A stretch of DNA of 41,441 nt from Alphaproteobacteria bacterium. Its GTDB lineage: Bacteria > Pseudomonadota > Alphaproteobacteria > SP197. This document shows, in pieces, positions 20,067-30,796 of this stretch. Position numbers and translations under genes: made by a program. The notes beneath the pieces were generated by a model that had not been told where the DNA came from, ran no database searches, and worked only from the letters and a program-made list of their open reading frames with translations. The stretch's first letter is position 1; each line of letters starts with the position of its first letter. The stretch spans positions 1 through 41,441 of the forward strand of contig JAJEHK010000328.1 of the NCBI GenBank assembly GCA_022823765.1, given 5' to 3'.

Positions 20067-20302
20067 CGCTCGTTCGCTCTCTCGGGAACCGGATCGTAGC
20101 CGCTTCCGGCAAGGGGATGGCACCGCGCGATGCGACGGAGCGCCAGCCAGGTGCCTCTCAGTGGACCGTGCCGGCGGACCGCTTCACTGGCATAGGCGGA
20201 ACAGGTCGGCAGATAGCGGCATGACGCCGGTGTCCAGGGCGATATGCCATACCGGTAGATCAGGATGAAAGCCTGAAGCACGGATGAGGCGGCGCTTCTC
20301 AT
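20063..20302 (-). CDS. yidD: Membrane protein insertion efficiency factor YidD
   Basis: YRYGISP...[13 protein letters not shown]...HG...RIARCHP...GYDPVP. Confidence 0.95.
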   Translation of the reverse strand: MRSAASSVLQAFILIYRYGISPWTPASCRYLPTCSAYASEAVRRHGPLRGTWLALRRIARCHPLAGSGYDPVPERANER

Positions 20303-20649
20303 GACCGTGGCACGGCGTTCCCAAGGCGCGTCAGCGCCTTTTCGAGGTCGCCAACAAGATTGGCGAAGGGACGATCGACGGTTTCACGGCGGGCGATCAG
20401 GACATAGTCCGTTGCCCTGCGCCCGGATCGGGCGAGAACCGGCGGGGCGAGGGCTTTCAGCCGGCGCCGCGCCCGGTTGCGCAGGACGGCATTGCCGACC
20501 CTGCGGCTCGCCGTATATCCGACACCGATTGCATCGTCTTCCCGGGGCGCTGCCTGGACGATGATTCCCGGAGTGACCGCCTTCAGTCGCGTTGCCGCCA
20601 CGCGAAGATAGTCGCTTCTCCGTCTGAGGCGCACGACATCGACAGGCAT
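20299..20649 (-). CDS. rnpA: Ribonuclease P protein component
   Basis: [38 protein letters not shown]; between rpmH and yidD. Confidence 0.92.
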   Translation of the reverse strand: MPVDVVRLRRRSDYLRVAATRLKAVTPGIIVQAAPREDDAIGVGYTASRRVGNAVLRNRARRRLKALAPPVLARSGRRATDYVLIARRETVDRPFANLVGDLEKALTRLGNAVPRS

Positions 20650-20653
20650 GAAA

Positions 20654-20788
20654 TCAGGCTGACAGGCGCTTGCGGCCTTTCGCACGCCGGCGCGCGAGCA
20701 CGGCACGTCCGCCAACGGTCTTCATGCGGGCACGAAAGCCATGACGTCGTTTCCGGACGATACGGCTGGGCTGGAATGTGCGTTTCAC
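20654..20788 (-). CDS. rpmH: 50S ribosomal protein L34 (absent from ORF track)
   Basis: Hand translation from GTG 20788: [44 protein letters not shown]; GGAG RBS. Confidence 0.97.
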   Translation of the reverse strand: MKRTFQPSRIVRKRRHGFRARMKTVGGRAVLARRRAKGRKRLSA

Positions 20789-20810
20789 CGTCAGGACTCC
20801 AGGCATCGGC

Positions 20811-20830
20811 CGCGCCCCGGACGGGGCGCG
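20811..20830. other. Perfect GC stem-loop in rpmH 5' leader
   Basis: CGCGCCCC-GGAC-GGGGCGCG between the predicted promoter and RBS. Confidence 0.55.
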
Positions 20831-20841
20831 AGCGGCGGTGC

Positions 20842-20870
20842 TGTATAGGTGAGGGGCCGGTTGAAGTCAA
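20842..20870 (-). promoter_or_regulatory. Sigma70-type promoter for rpmH operon
   Basis: Minus strand TTGACT-N17-TATACA. Confidence 0.6.
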
Positions 20871-20938
20871 TGATGACATTTCCTCTCACCTGCCATGCCG
20901 CTAGTGTGTCATGTCGATGGCTGAAGCGGGGGCGTGTA

Positions 20939-21667
20939 ATGGTTCAGCAATCAACGACCGTGCGACGGCTCAGGCGACTGATCCCGGTTCTGGTGGTGGT
21001 TGCACTGCTGATTGTCCTCTTTGCCAGCGGGCTTCACAGGGAGATCAGTTTCGAGACCCTCAAGGCGCATCATGCCGAACTGAGCGCCTTCGTGGAGGGC
21101 AACCTGGTGCTGGCGGTGGTGGTCTACGTCCTGGCCTATGCCTTTCTGACAGGCATCTCGTTTCCCGCCGCCTCCCTTGTCACCCTGCTTGGCGGCTTTC
21201 TCTTCGGCTGGGTCCTTGGAACTGTCCTCACCGTTGTCGCGGCAACGGCGGGCGCGACGGCGGTGTTCCTCGTGGCCCGCACATCCATCGGCGAGGCCCT
21301 GTGGGAGCGCGTCAAGCCGTTTGCCGGCCGCATGGAGGAGGGATTTCGCGACGGCGAGTTCAACTACCTTCTCTTCTTGAGACTGCTGCCCGTCTTTCCG
21401 TTCTGGGTGGTCAATCTCCTGCCGGCCTTTCTCGGCGTGAAGACCCGCATGTACGTCATGACAACCTTCATCGGCATCATTCCCGGCACCACGGTCTACA
21501 ACGTGATCGGCGACGGTTTGAGCGAGGTGTTCGAGACCGGGGCCGAGTTCTCCCTGGAGAACGCCGTGTCGACCGAGATCGTCGTTGGCCTGGCCGGCCT
21601 GGCCGTGATCGCCCTGTTGCCTGTGGTGGTCAGGAAGATCAGGGCCCGGCGACAGGATTCCGGATGA
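20939..21667 (+). CDS. TVP38/TMEM64 (DedA/VTT) family membrane protein
   Basis: LLGGFLFG, ATAGAT..FLVAR, YLLFLRLLPVFPFWVVNL, TTFIGIIPGT; start uncertain. Confidence 0.85.
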   Translation: MVQQSTTVRRLRRLIPVLVVVALLIVLFASGLHREISFETLKAHHAELSAFVEGNLVLAVVVYVLAYAFLTGISFPAASLVTLLGGFLFGWVLGTVLTVVAATAGATAVFLVARTSIGEALWERVKPFAGRMEEGFRDGEFNYLLFLRLLPVFPFWVVNLLPAFLGVKTRMYVMTTFIGIIPGTTVYNVIGDGLSEVFETGAEFSLENAVSTEIVVGLAGLAVIALLPVVVRKIRARRQDSG

Positions 21668-23091
21668 CGACGGACCGCGACAGCGTCGACATCTGCGTCA
21701 TCGGGGCGGGTTCAGGAGGGCTCGTTACGGCTTATGCAGCATCCCACATGGGCCGCAGAACGGTGCTCATCGAGGGCATGCGGATGGGGGGCGACTGCCT
21801 CAATTTCGGCTGCGTGCCGTCCAAGGCCCTGCTTGCCGCAGGCAAGGCCGCCCACGCGATGCGCCATACGCAGTGCTTCGGGATCACGCCCCATGAGCCG
21901 GAGATCGATTTTGCGGCGGTCAACCGGCACGTGCACGACGTCATCGCCACCATCGAGCCCAACGATTCCGTGGAGCGTTACCAGAGTTTCGGCGTCGATG
22001 TCATTACCGGTCACGCCCGGTTTGTCTCGCCCAGGTCCCTGGAGGTGGAGGGGCGGACGATCCGCGCCCGCCGTTTTGTCATCGCCACGGGATCAAGGGC
22101 GGTCATTCCTCCCATCCCCGGTCTCGATTCCGTGCCCCTGTTCACCAACGAGACGCTGTTCGACAACCAGGTGCTCCCGGAGCACCTGATTGTCATCGGC
22201 GGCGGTCCGATCGGTTCCGAGATGGCCCAGGCCCATCGCCGCCTGGGCAGTCGCGTGACGGTCCTCGACATGGGCCCCCTGCTGCCCCATGACGATCCCG
22301 AACTCACCGCTGTCGTGAAGGAGAGCATGACGGAAGATGGCATCGAGATCATCGAGCACGTCGCCGTCCGGGAGGTGTCGGGAGAGGTCGGCAGGATCAC
22401 GGTTTCCTGTGAACGGAACGGCGAGGCGCTCGTCTTCGAGGGAACCCATCTCCTGGTGGCGGCCGGGCGGCGCCCCAACACCGCCGATCTCGGCCTCGAT
22501 GCGGCCGGTATCGCGCATGACCGGAGCGGCATCCGGGTGGACCGCCGGTTGCGCACCACCAACCGGCGGGTCTTTGCCATCGGCGACTGTGCGGGAGGCT
22601 TCCAGTTCACCCACCTGGCCAGCTATCACGCAGGCATCGTTATCAGGAATGCCCTGTTGCGCTTTCCGGCGAAGGTGAATCTCGGTGCCTTTCCGTGGGT
22701 GACCTACACGGATCCGGAACTGGCCCATGTCGGTCTGACCGAAGACGCGGCACGCAAGCGGCACGGGACGGTCACCGTCTTGCGGTTCCCCTGTGCCGAA
22801 AACGACCGCGCCATTGCCGAGCGCAGGACCGGAGGACTCATCAAGGTCGTGACCACACCTCGTGGCCGGATCCTGGGAGCGACCATCGTTGCCGCTCATG
22901 CCGGGGAATTGATCGCGCCCTGGGTCCTGGCGATGGGATCGGGGTTGAAGGTCGGCGCCGTGGCGGGGATGATCGCGCCTTATCCGACCTTCGGCGAGAT
23001 CAGCAAGCGGGCGGCGGGTTCCTTCTATACGCCGCGGGTGTTCGGCAAGGGCATGAAGCGCCTGGCGGGCTTCCTCGCCCGCTTCGGTTGA
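21664..23091 (+). CDS. FAD-dependent pyridine nucleotide-disulfide oxidoreductase (LpdA/MerA-like)
   Basis: ATGA overlap; IGAGSGG, GGDCLNFGCVPSK redox disulfide, IGGGPIG.E, PYPT in place of LpdA HPT, no MerA C-terminal Cys pair. Confidence 0.88.
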   Translation: MTTDRDSVDICVIGAGSGGLVTAYAASHMGRRTVLIEGMRMGGDCLNFGCVPSKALLAAGKAAHAMRHTQCFGITPHEPEIDFAAVNRHVHDVIATIEPNDSVERYQSFGVDVITGHARFVSPRSLEVEGRTIRARRFVIATGSRAVIPPIPGLDSVPLFTNETLFDNQVLPEHLIVIGGGPIGSEMAQAHRRLGSRVTVLDMGPLLPHDDPELTAVVKESMTEDGIEIIEHVAVREVSGEVGRITVSCERNGEALVFEGTHLLVAAGRRPNTADLGLDAAGIAHDRSGIRVDRRLRTTNRRVFAIGDCAGGFQFTHLASYHAGIVIRNALLRFPAKVNLGAFPWVTYTDPELAHVGLTEDAARKRHGTVTVLRFPCAENDRAIAERRTGGLIKVVTTPRGRILGATIVAAHAGELIAPWVLAMGSGLKVGAVAGMIAPYPTFGEISKRAAGSFYTPRVFGKGMKRLAGFLARFG

Positions 23092-23110
23092 CAAGGGAGA
23101 GGCAGGTTCC

Positions 23111-23410
23111 ATGCAGTCCATCTTCTGGCTTGCTGACACCCTTCTCAGCATCTACTTCTGGATTCTCATCCTGCACGTCATCCTGAGTTGGCTGGTTGCC
23201 TTCAACGTCATCAACGCCCGCCAGCCATTCGTCGGCCAGATCGGCCGTTTCCTGTGGCAGGTCACCGAGCCCGTCCTGGCTCCCATACGGCAGATCCTGC
23301 GCCGCCTGTTCGGCGAACTCGGCGGCATCGACCTCTCACCGCTGATCGCCCTCGTCCTGGTCGGCTTCCTGCGCCGCCTGCTGGTGGAGATGGCGGTCTC
23401 GATTCGCTAG
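23111..23410 (+). CDS. yggT: YggT family membrane protein
   Basis: VILSWLVAFNVIN, TEPVLAPIR, GGIDLSPLI. Confidence 0.9.
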   Translation: MQSIFWLADTLLSIYFWILILHVILSWLVAFNVINARQPFVGQIGRFLWQVTEPVLAPIRQILRRLFGELGGIDLSPLIALVLVGFLRRLLVEMAVSIR

Positions 23411-23513
23411 CCGGGTATCCGCTTCGAGTTTCGCGAAGACGACAATCTGCCTTCAGACCCACGGGAGGAGGCTGATGCCGGTCGTCTTCACAAGACGGCC
23501 CGCATGGGTAGCC

Positions 23514-25184
23514 TCAATGCCCGGCGGGCGTCCCCTCGGTGAAGTGGAACGTCGCATGGAAGGGCTCGAGCTGCTCCTTGCCGCGGATGAAGTCGGCGGC
23601 GCGGGCGGCGATCATCTGGGTCGGCGCATTCAGGTTCGCACAGGTGATCCTGGGCATGACCGAGGCGTCGACGACACGCAGGCCCTCGATGCCGTGAACC
23701 CGCATTTCCTGATCCACCACGGCGTCGGCATCGTTGCCCATGCGGCAGGTGCATGACGGGTGATAGTCGGTTTCCAGCAGGCTCCTGATGTAATCGAGAA
23801 TGTCCTTGTCGGTCGTTGCATCCGGGCCGGGACGAATCTCCTCGCCGCGATAGGGATCGAATGCCTCCTGCGCGATGAGTTCCCTCGCCTTGCGAACACC
23901 CCGCACGAACCGCCGGCAGTCGTCCTCGGTCGACAGGTAGTTGAAGTGAAGCTTCGGCTTGTCTGCCGGATTGGCGGATCGCAGATCGATGTGCCCGACA
24001 CTTGTCGGACGGGACTGGTCGACATGCAGCGAGAACGCCTGATCGAGCGCGATGCTGCCGTCGTTGCGAAAGTTCACGCCGGCCGGGCCGAAGTGATACT
24101 CGACGTCCGGGTAGTCCATGTCGTCACCGCTGCGGACGAGGCCGCCTGCCTCCCAGAAATTGGATGCAGCGGGCCCGCGCCGCGTCAGGATCCACTGAAT
24201 GCCGGCCGTCAGCTGGTTGACCGGATAGAGCGCCCTGGGGATCGTCATCGGCCTTGTGCAGGCGTACTTGACGATGACCGTCGGATGGTCCTGCAGGTTG
24301 CGGCCCACACCCGGCAGATCCAGTTTCACGTTGATCCCGTGCCGGCGCAGTTGATCGGCCGGGCCGATGCCTGAAAGCATGAGCGTCTGCGGCGAGTTGA
24401 TGGCGCCTCCCGAGAGGATGACCTCGCGTTCCGCTGCGACCGTCCGGCGTTCGCCGCGATACATGAACTCGACCCCCGACGCGCGGTTGCCCTCGATCAC
24501 CATCTTGTGGACCATGGCGCCGGTCAGCAGCGTGCAGTTGTTTCGCTGAAGAGCGGGCCTCAAGTGGGCCACGGCGGCGCTGCAGCGTCGGCCGTTGCGC
24601 GTGGTGCTGTCGAAGCGGGCAATGCCCTCCGGTTTGTAGGCGTTCAGGTCATCGGAGTAACCCTGATCCGACTGCCTGCCGGCTTCAAGAAAGACGTCGA
24701 AGAGAGGACTGTCGAGTTTGCCGCGCGTCGTGTTGAGCGGCCCCGATCCGCCGCGCCAGTCGCTTGCGCCCCGGTCGCTCGTTTCGCCGGCCTTGAAGTA
24801 GGGCAGGCATTGGGCGTAGCTCCATCTTGGCAGATTGAAGTCCTCGCCCCAGCGGTCGTAGTCGCGGGGATGACCGCGCATGTAGACCATGGAATTGATC
24901 GACGAGGATCCGCCGACGACCTTGCCCCGCGGCGTCTCGATGTTGCGGTCGAACGCTTCAGGCTCGTCCTCGGTGACGTAGCCCCAGTTGATCTTCGGGT
25001 CCTTGTAGACCTTGTGAACGCCCGCAGGGACATGGATCATCAAGCTGCGGTCCGGAGGCCCGGCCTCAAGGAGCAGGACCGAGTGCCGGCCGTCTTCGCT
25101 CAGGCGGTTGGCCAGGACGCAACCGGCAGATCCGGCGCCGATGATGATGTAGTCCCAGGTCGGGATGTCTGCAGGCTTCGCCAA
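23514..25184 (-). CDS. GMC oxidoreductase, choline dehydrogenase-like
   Basis: DYIIIGAGSAGCVLANRLSE, RGKVVGGSSSINSMVYMRG, GRNLQDH, YHPSCTCRMG, LRVVDASVMP, NLNAP; TTG 25184 has a GGAGG RBS (alternative start 25217). Confidence 0.88.
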   Translation of the reverse strand: MAKPADIPTWDYIIIGAGSAGCVLANRLSEDGRHSVLLLEAGPPDRSLMIHVPAGVHKVYKDPKINWGYVTEDEPEAFDRNIETPRGKVVGGSSSINSMVYMRGHPRDYDRWGEDFNLPRWSYAQCLPYFKAGETSDRGASDWRGGSGPLNTTRGKLDSPLFDVFLEAGRQSDQGYSDDLNAYKPEGIARFDSTTRNGRRCSAAVAHLRPALQRNNCTLLTGAMVHKMVIEGNRASGVEFMYRGERRTVAAEREVILSGGAINSPQTLMLSGIGPADQLRRHGINVKLDLPGVGRNLQDHPTVIVKYACTRPMTIPRALYPVNQLTAGIQWILTRRGPAASNFWEAGGLVRSGDDMDYPDVEYHFGPAGVNFRNDGSIALDQAFSLHVDQSRPTSVGHIDLRSANPADKPKLHFNYLSTEDDCRRFVRGVRKARELIAQEAFDPYRGEEIRPGPDATTDKDILDYIRSLLETDYHPSCTCRMGNDADAVVDQEMRVHGIEGLRVVDASVMPRITCANLNAPTQMIAARAADFIRGKEQLEPFHATFHFTEGTPAGH

Positions 25185-25603
25185 GTGAGGTTCCTCCAGG
25201 GTGCTGGCTGTCCTCATGCGCCCGGTGCATGTGCCACTGGCGATGCCGAATGCATTTGGTCGCTTCGGGCGTGCCGTCGTGAAAGGAACCTAACCACGAG
25301 TCCCTCAGTGTCTCCACAGTACCATGGTTGCATTCGAAACAGCGGCGGTGGAACTGGCGGAAGGAATCCCGGAGTTGTGACGAGGTGGTGCAGGTTAGGT
25401 GAATGGCACCTTGTCCCGGGCAGGGTCGTCGAGTTGTTCGACAGGCACCAGGAACCTCTGCAACCGGACGTGCCGGTCATGAACTTGCCCTGGGGTTCGG
25501 CTACGGGTTTCGATTGTGCGGACCGCGAGACAGGGCCTATGGTTGGAGAAGGACCAGTTCGCTGTCGCGTGCGACACCTTCAGTCCGGAAGGGAACACCC
25601 GTC

Positions 25604-26083
25604 ATGATTCGAACGATTTCCCTGGTGGCCGTGCTCCTTCTCAGCTTCGCAGTGCCGGCGTCCGCCGACGAAGAAGCGGACTTGAGAGCAATCTCCGAGG
25701 CATACATTCAGCACCCGGTCATGCAGCAGATGCTGGACGGGCTGCTGTCCGACGAGACCATGCGTTCCATGGCGGCCGCCCAGACACAGGGCCTTGAAGA
25801 TGTGCTGAGCGAAGACGAGATCGAAGCGATACTCACCATAGTCCTCGAGGAGATGACACGGATGCGACCGAAGATGGAGGCCCTCATGGTCGCCGCCGCG
25901 ACGCAGACCTTCGAATTGGACGAGATTCAGGCGCTCAAGAATTTCCTCGATACGGACGCTGGCGCGCGTGCGATGCTGAAGTCCGCAGCATTCACACAGG
26001 CCGTCTATGCCAATGCGGGAAGCATGTTCCAGGAACTGTCCGGGCGGATCTCGACTCGCGTCGAGGCGGTACTTCTGAAGTAG
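25604..26083 (+). CDS. Exported protein, DUF2059-like
   Basis: Signal peptide ending AVPASA; TFELDEIQALKNFLDTDAG resembles the F(T/S).DE..AL..FY.TP.G motif. Confidence 0.6.
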   Translation: MIRTISLVAVLLLSFAVPASADEEADLRAISEAYIQHPVMQQMLDGLLSDETMRSMAAAQTQGLEDVLSEDEIEAILTIVLEEMTRMRPKMEALMVAAATQTFELDEIQALKNFLDTDAGARAMLKSAAFTQAVYANAGSMFQELSGRISTRVEAVLLK

Positions 26084-26358
26084 CGTCGCATAACAGCCGT
26101 CCTGGCCTCCCAACTCCATCCCTCGCTCACGTCTTCATGCGCGCTCGGTTGACCCGCCAGGCAACCGGCGGGCTGTCAGCGATCAGGCGCATGAACCCCG
26201 TCATGATCGCGGATCCGGTCGAACGCCGAGGCCGGGAACTGGCGGGCTTCGTCGGTCACTGGGTGACTGTTGCCTGATCGCGCGATCCGTCCTTGACGGC
26301 GCGGCGCGCGGTTCATTATGGGTGCCCCTCATGGAAGACAGGGAGCGGAGCGGTAGTC

Positions 26359-27252
26359 ATGGGTGAGGCAATGGTCATTGACGGCAAGGCAGTCGCCCTG
26401 AAGGTGCGCCAGGATGTGGCGGCCCGGGTGGCGCGGCTGACGGCCACCACAGGGGTGAAGCCCGGACTTGCCGTCGTGCTCGTCGGCGAGGACCCGGCCA
26501 GCGACGTCTATGTCCGGAGCAAGGGCAAGGCGACCCGGGAAGCAGGCATGGAGAGTTTCGAGTTCCGCATGCCGGCGTCTTCGACGGCCGAGGAGGTGCT
26601 CGCCAGGGTTGACGAACTCAATGCGTCCGATGAGGTCAACGGAATCCTCGTCCAGCTGCCCTTGCCCGATCAGGTCGACGAACACCAGGTCATCGATTCC
26701 ATCGACCCCCTCAAGGACGTTGACGGTTTCCATGCCATCAACACCGGCCGCCTGTCGTCAGGTCAGGATGCCATGGTTCCCTGCACGCCGCTGGGCTGCC
26801 AGATCCTGTTGCGCGAGACTCTCGGGATGGACGGCCTGAAGGGCGCCAACGCGGTGATCGTCGGCCGCTCGAACATCGTCGGCAAGCCCATGGCGCAGCT
26901 GCTTCTCCAGGATCACTGCACGGTGACGGTCGCCCACTCGCGCACCCGCGACCTGCCGGACGTGGTGCGCCGGGCCGATATCGTGGTGGCCGCTGTCGGC
27001 CGTCCCGAGATGGTGCGCGGCGACTGGATCAGGCCGGGCGCCACGGTCATCGATGTTGGCGTCAACCGCCTGGCCCGCGAGGGTGGCGGGACGCGGCTCG
27101 TCGGTGATGTCTGTTTCAGGGAAGCGGTCGACGTTGCAGGCGCCATCACGCCGGTTCCGTGCGGCGTCGGACCGATGACCATCGCCTGCCTGCTGGTCAA
27201 CACGCTTCACGCAGCGTGCCGGCAGAACCAGGTCGAGGTGCCCGAAGGATGA
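26359..27252 (+). CDS. folD: Bifunctional methylenetetrahydrofolate dehydrogenase/cyclohydrolase
   Basis: [62 protein letters not shown]. Confidence 0.96.
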   Translation: MGEAMVIDGKAVALKVRQDVAARVARLTATTGVKPGLAVVLVGEDPASDVYVRSKGKATREAGMESFEFRMPASSTAEEVLARVDELNASDEVNGILVQLPLPDQVDEHQVIDSIDPLKDVDGFHAINTGRLSSGQDAMVPCTPLGCQILLRETLGMDGLKGANAVIVGRSNIVGKPMAQLLLQDHCTVTVAHSRTRDLPDVVRRADIVVAAVGRPEMVRGDWIRPGATVIDVGVNRLAREGGGTRLVGDVCFREAVDVAGAITPVPCGVGPMTIACLLVNTLHAACRQNQVEVPEG

Positions 27253-27256
27253 TGGC

Positions 27257-28462
27257 TCAGCGGCGTTTGCTGGCGAGGGCAAGGCGCAGCGCATTGAGGC
27301 GGATGAACCCCTCGGCGTCGCGCTGATTGTAGACGGCATCCTCCTCGAAGGTGACGTGGGCCAGACTGTAGAGAGAATGCGGTGACTGGCGTCCGGTGAC
27401 CGTGACATTTCCCTTGTAGAGTGTCAGGCGCACCGTGCCGGAGACATGTTCCTGGCTGCGATCGATCAGCGCCTGGAGCATCTCGCGTTCCGGAGAGAAC
27501 CAGAAACCGTTGTAGATGAGTTCCGCGTACCGCGGCATGAGCTCATCCTTGAGATGGGCGGCACCCCTGTCGAGCGTCACCGACTCCATGGCCCGGTGGG
27601 CGGCGATCAGGATGGTGCCCCCCGGAGTCTCGTAGACGCCCCGGCTCTTCATCCCGATGAAACGGTTCTCCACCATGTCGACACGGCCTATGCCGTTGGC
27701 GCCGCCGAGTTCGTTGAGGCGGGCGAGCAGGTTCGCCGGCGACAGGTCCGCGCCGTCGATGGCCACGGCATCGCCCCTTTCGAAGCCGATTTCCACTTCC
27801 GTGGGAACATCCGGAGCGTCCTGAGGGGAAACCGTCCGCGACCAGACGTGATCCGGCGGGGCCGATGCCGGATCCTCCAGGACCTTTCCCTCGGCCGATA
27901 TGTGGAGGAGATTGGCGTCGACGGAGAAGGGGGCCTCACCCTGGCTGTCACGGGGAATGGGAATCTGCCGGCTCTCGGCATAGGCGATCAGCTTCGTCCG
28001 CGAGGCGAGGTCCCATTCCCGCCACGGGGCGATCACCCTGATGTCGGGGTCGAGCGCCTGGTAGCCGAGTTCGAACCGGACCTGGTCGTTGCCCTTGCCC
28101 GTTGCGCCATGGGCCACGGCATCGGCGCCGGTCTCATGGGCGATGGCGATCTGGCGCATGGCGATGAGCGGCCGGGCGATCGCCGTGCCGAGGAGGTAGA
28201 CGCCCTCGTAGAGAGCGTTGGCCCGGAACATCGGCCACACGAAGTTTGCGGCAAACTCCTCGCGCAAATCCTCGATGAAGATCTCGTTGACGCCCATCAT
28301 GGCCGCCTTGGCGCGCGCGGGCTCGAGATCCTCGCCCTGCCCGAGGTCCGCCGTGAACGTCACCACCTCGCACTTCCAGGTGTCCTGGAGCCAGCGCAGG
28401 ATGACCGACGTGTCGAGTCCTCCCGAATAGGCGAGGACGACTTTCCTGACGTCGCTCATCAT
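27257..28462 (-). CDS. argG: Argininosuccinate synthase
   Basis: [44 protein letters not shown]. Confidence 0.98.
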   Translation of the reverse strand: MMSDVRKVVLAYSGGLDTSVILRWLQDTWKCEVVTFTADLGQGEDLEPARAKAAMMGVNEIFIEDLREEFAANFVWPMFRANALYEGVYLLGTAIARPLIAMRQIAIAHETGADAVAHGATGKGNDQVRFELGYQALDPDIRVIAPWREWDLASRTKLIAYAESRQIPIPRDSQGEAPFSVDANLLHISAEGKVLEDPASAPPDHVWSRTVSPQDAPDVPTEVEIGFERGDAVAIDGADLSPANLLARLNELGGANGIGRVDMVENRFIGMKSRGVYETPGGTILIAAHRAMESVTLDRGAAHLKDELMPRYAELIYNGFWFSPEREMLQALIDRSQEHVSGTVRLTLYKGNVTVTGRQSPHSLYSLAHVTFEEDAVYNQRDAEGFIRLNALRLALASKRR

Positions 28463-29685
28463 GATTCCTTCATGGCGAAGACATCGATCTCGATCACCAT
28501 GGAATCATAGGCCAGGACCGGGAGCGGCACGCCGGTGGAGGCGGGGCCGGGGTCATGGAAATAGGAGGAGCGGATGGGCAGGTTGTCGTTGAGAGCCTCG
28601 GCGCCGCAATCGCCCTTGTAGACCGTGGTCACCTTGCACACGTCATCATAGCCGGCCCCGAGGGCCTCGAGAATGGTGCCGATATGGATCATCGCCTGGT
28701 GCGTCTGGCGCGAGAGATCGTCCGGGTGAACCGCCTTGCCCTTCCGGTCGAGGGAGACCTGGCCTCCAAGGAAGATCATGTCCCGGCATTTCAACCCGTG
28801 CTTGTAGGGGAGATGGACATGCCAGTCCCACAGGCTGTCGGGCCACACGTGGGTGCGTTCGAGACGCTCGCCGTTCTCGCCAAGCATGGCGACCATGGAA
28901 ATCTTGATAAGGACATCGCCGTCGGCATGGCGCGGGATGGGGACGCCGGTGGCGGCCGGTCCGGGCTCCTGGAAATGTGCCGCGCAGGCAAGGGCGGCTG
29001 CCTCGAAATCGGCAACGCCGGAGCCGCCGGCATACCAGCGGTTGATCTTGACGGCATCGTCATATCCGGCACCGAAGTGGCCGAGGACATGACCAACGCG
29101 CTCCATGACCAGCCGTGTCTGGGCGACGATGTCGCCCTTTGCCGCGACATGGCCATCGTCGTCCAAAGGATACTGTGCCGACACGAAGATCATGCTGTCG
29201 GACCGCAATCCCTCCACCCAGGGTGCGGCCAGAGGAGAGCCCGACCGCCCCGGAGCGATGTCCCTGCGTGTTGGCGTGCCGTCCTTGCGTCGCATGGCAT
29301 AGCCCTCGATCTCGATCGTGAGACCCTCGAAGGCGAGCCAGGGAACCGGAACGGCATTGACGGTGAGACGGCAGTCATCCGGGAGATGGCGCGCCACCAT
29401 GGCGAGCACGTCCGGCTCGTCGAGGGAGCCATCGTTGACGTAGAAAATGAGAAGCGTGACGAGGTCCTGCGGCACGCAGTCGAGGTCCTCGAGGACCCGG
29501 ACGAGGTAGGCCATCGCATTGCCGGTCTGGGTCTCGATGTCCCCGGGATTGCGGACCGCTCCATCGGGGGTGAGATCGACCTGGCCTCCCAGCCAGATCA
29601 TCGAACCACAGCGCACACCGTGCTTGTGGTTGATGGTGATCGGCCAGTTCCAGTGGTGGTCGGGCCAGCTGTGACGCTTGTCCAT
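28459..29685 (-). CDS. Protein with three tandem RidA/YjgF domains
   Basis: Three repeats of G.(R/K)..MI(W/F)..(G/A)Q...D...QT...L......D.V...(V)P...I(E/K)I...AM. Confidence 0.8.
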   Translation of the reverse strand: MDKRHSWPDHHWNWPITINHKHGVRCGSMIWLGGQVDLTPDGAVRNPGDIETQTGNAMAYLVRVLEDLDCVPQDLVTLLIFYVNDGSLDEPDVLAMVARHLPDDCRLTVNAVPVPWLAFEGLTIEIEGYAMRRKDGTPTRRDIAPGRSGSPLAAPWVEGLRSDSMIFVSAQYPLDDDGHVAAKGDIVAQTRLVMERVGHVLGHFGAGYDDAVKINRWYAGGSGVADFEAAALACAAHFQEPGPAATGVPIPRHADGDVLIKISMVAMLGENGERLERTHVWPDSLWDWHVHLPYKHGLKCRDMIFLGGQVSLDRKGKAVHPDDLSRQTHQAMIHIGTILEALGAGYDDVCKVTTVYKGDCGAEALNDNLPIRSSYFHDPGPASTGVPLPVLAYDSMVIEIDVFAMKES

Positions 29686-29692
29686 CGGTTCC

Positions 29693-30796
29693 TCACGAAG
29701 CAGGGGGCGGGGCGGATGTCATGGCGCTGCGCGCCATCTTGACGGTGTCGGACTTGAGTTGTCCGCAGGCGGCCATGATGTCCCGGCCGCGCGGACGCCG
29801 GACGGGAGCGGAGTAGCCGCCGTCGTTGACGATTCCGGCGAAGGAGGCAATCCGCCGGGCCGGGGAACATTCGAAGGGTGCTCCGGGCCAGGCATTGAAC
29901 GGAATGAGGTTGACCTTGGCCGGGATTCCCTTGAGCAGGCGAACCAGTTCGCGGGCATCTGCATCCGAATCGTTGACGTCCTTGAGCATGACGTACTCGA
30001 AGGTGATGCGTCGCGCATTGCCGGCTCCGGGGTAGGCGCGGCAGGCATCGAGAAGATCACCGATCGGGTACTTCCTGTTGAGGGGGACGAGGCGGGTTCG
30101 GACGTCGTCGTTGACCGCATGCAGGGAGACGGCAAGATCGACCCCGAGTTCCTCGCCGCATCGCTTCATCATCGGCACCACGCCCGCGGTCGACAGCGTG
30201 ATGCGCCGGCGCGACAGTGCAATGCCCTCCGGATCCATGATGATGGAAAGGGCTGTCTTGACGTTGTCGAAGTTGTAGAGCGGCTCTCCCATACCCATCA
30301 TGACGATGTTGGAGAGCATCCGTCTGCCGTCCACCGGCGCCGGCCACTCGTCGAGGGTGTCGCGGGCGAGCATGAACTGGCCGACGATCTCTCCGGGTTC
30401 AAGGTTGCGCACGAGACGCTGCGTTCCGGTGTGGCAGAACCTGCAGGTCAGCGTGCAGCCGACCTGGGATGACATGCAGAGCGCTCCGCGATCGTCCTGC
30501 GGGATGTAGACACTCTCGACGAGGTGACGCTGGTCCATGCCGAGCAGCCACTTCATGGTCCCGTCGGCGCTCTTCTGGTGGCGCACCACGCCGGGCCAGT
30601 CGAGATTGAAGGACGCCGCAAGTTTCTCGCGCAGGGCTCCCGACAGGGAGGTCATGTTCGCGAAATCGGTGACCCCGCGGAAGTAGATCCAGTGCCAGAG
30701 CTGCTTGACGCGGAACGGGGCCTCACCGAGACCGGCGACGATGTCAGCGAGTTCGTTCCGGTCCAGCCCGATGAGATTCCCTGGCGCACCTGTCAT
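29693..30796 (-). CDS. rlmN: 23S rRNA/tRNA adenine C2-methyltransferase (radical SAM)
   Basis: [49 protein letters not shown]. Confidence 0.97.
   Translation of the reverse strand: MTGAPGNLIGLDRNELADIVAGLGEAPFRVKQLWHWIYFRGVTDFANMTSLSGALREKLAASFNLDWPGVVRHQKSADGTMKWLLGMDQRHLVESVYIPQDDRGALCMSSQVGCTLTCRFCHTGTQRLVRNLEPGEIVGQFMLARDTLDEWPAPVDGRRMLSNIVMMGMGEPLYNFDNVKTALSIIMDPEGIALSRRRITLSTAGVVPMMKRCGEELGVDLAVSLHAVNDDVRTRLVPLNRKYPIGDLLDACRAYPGAGNARRITFEYVMLKDVNDSDADARELVRLLKGIPAKVNLIPFNAWPGAPFECSPARRIASFAGIVNDGGYSAPVRRPRGRDIMAACGQLKSDTVKMARSAMTSAPPPAS

Noticed and set aside
21664-23091. Mercuric reductase or true dihydrolipoamide dehydrogenase
   Set aside because: No MerA C-terminal Cys pair and no LpdA HPT motif. 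The TVP38 + oxidoreductase pair next to rpmH is, to my knowledge, a common alphaproteobacterial arrangement.
23514-25184. Calling the gene betA
   Set aside because: GMC motifs are clear but there is no betB/betI context; substrate cannot be assigned.
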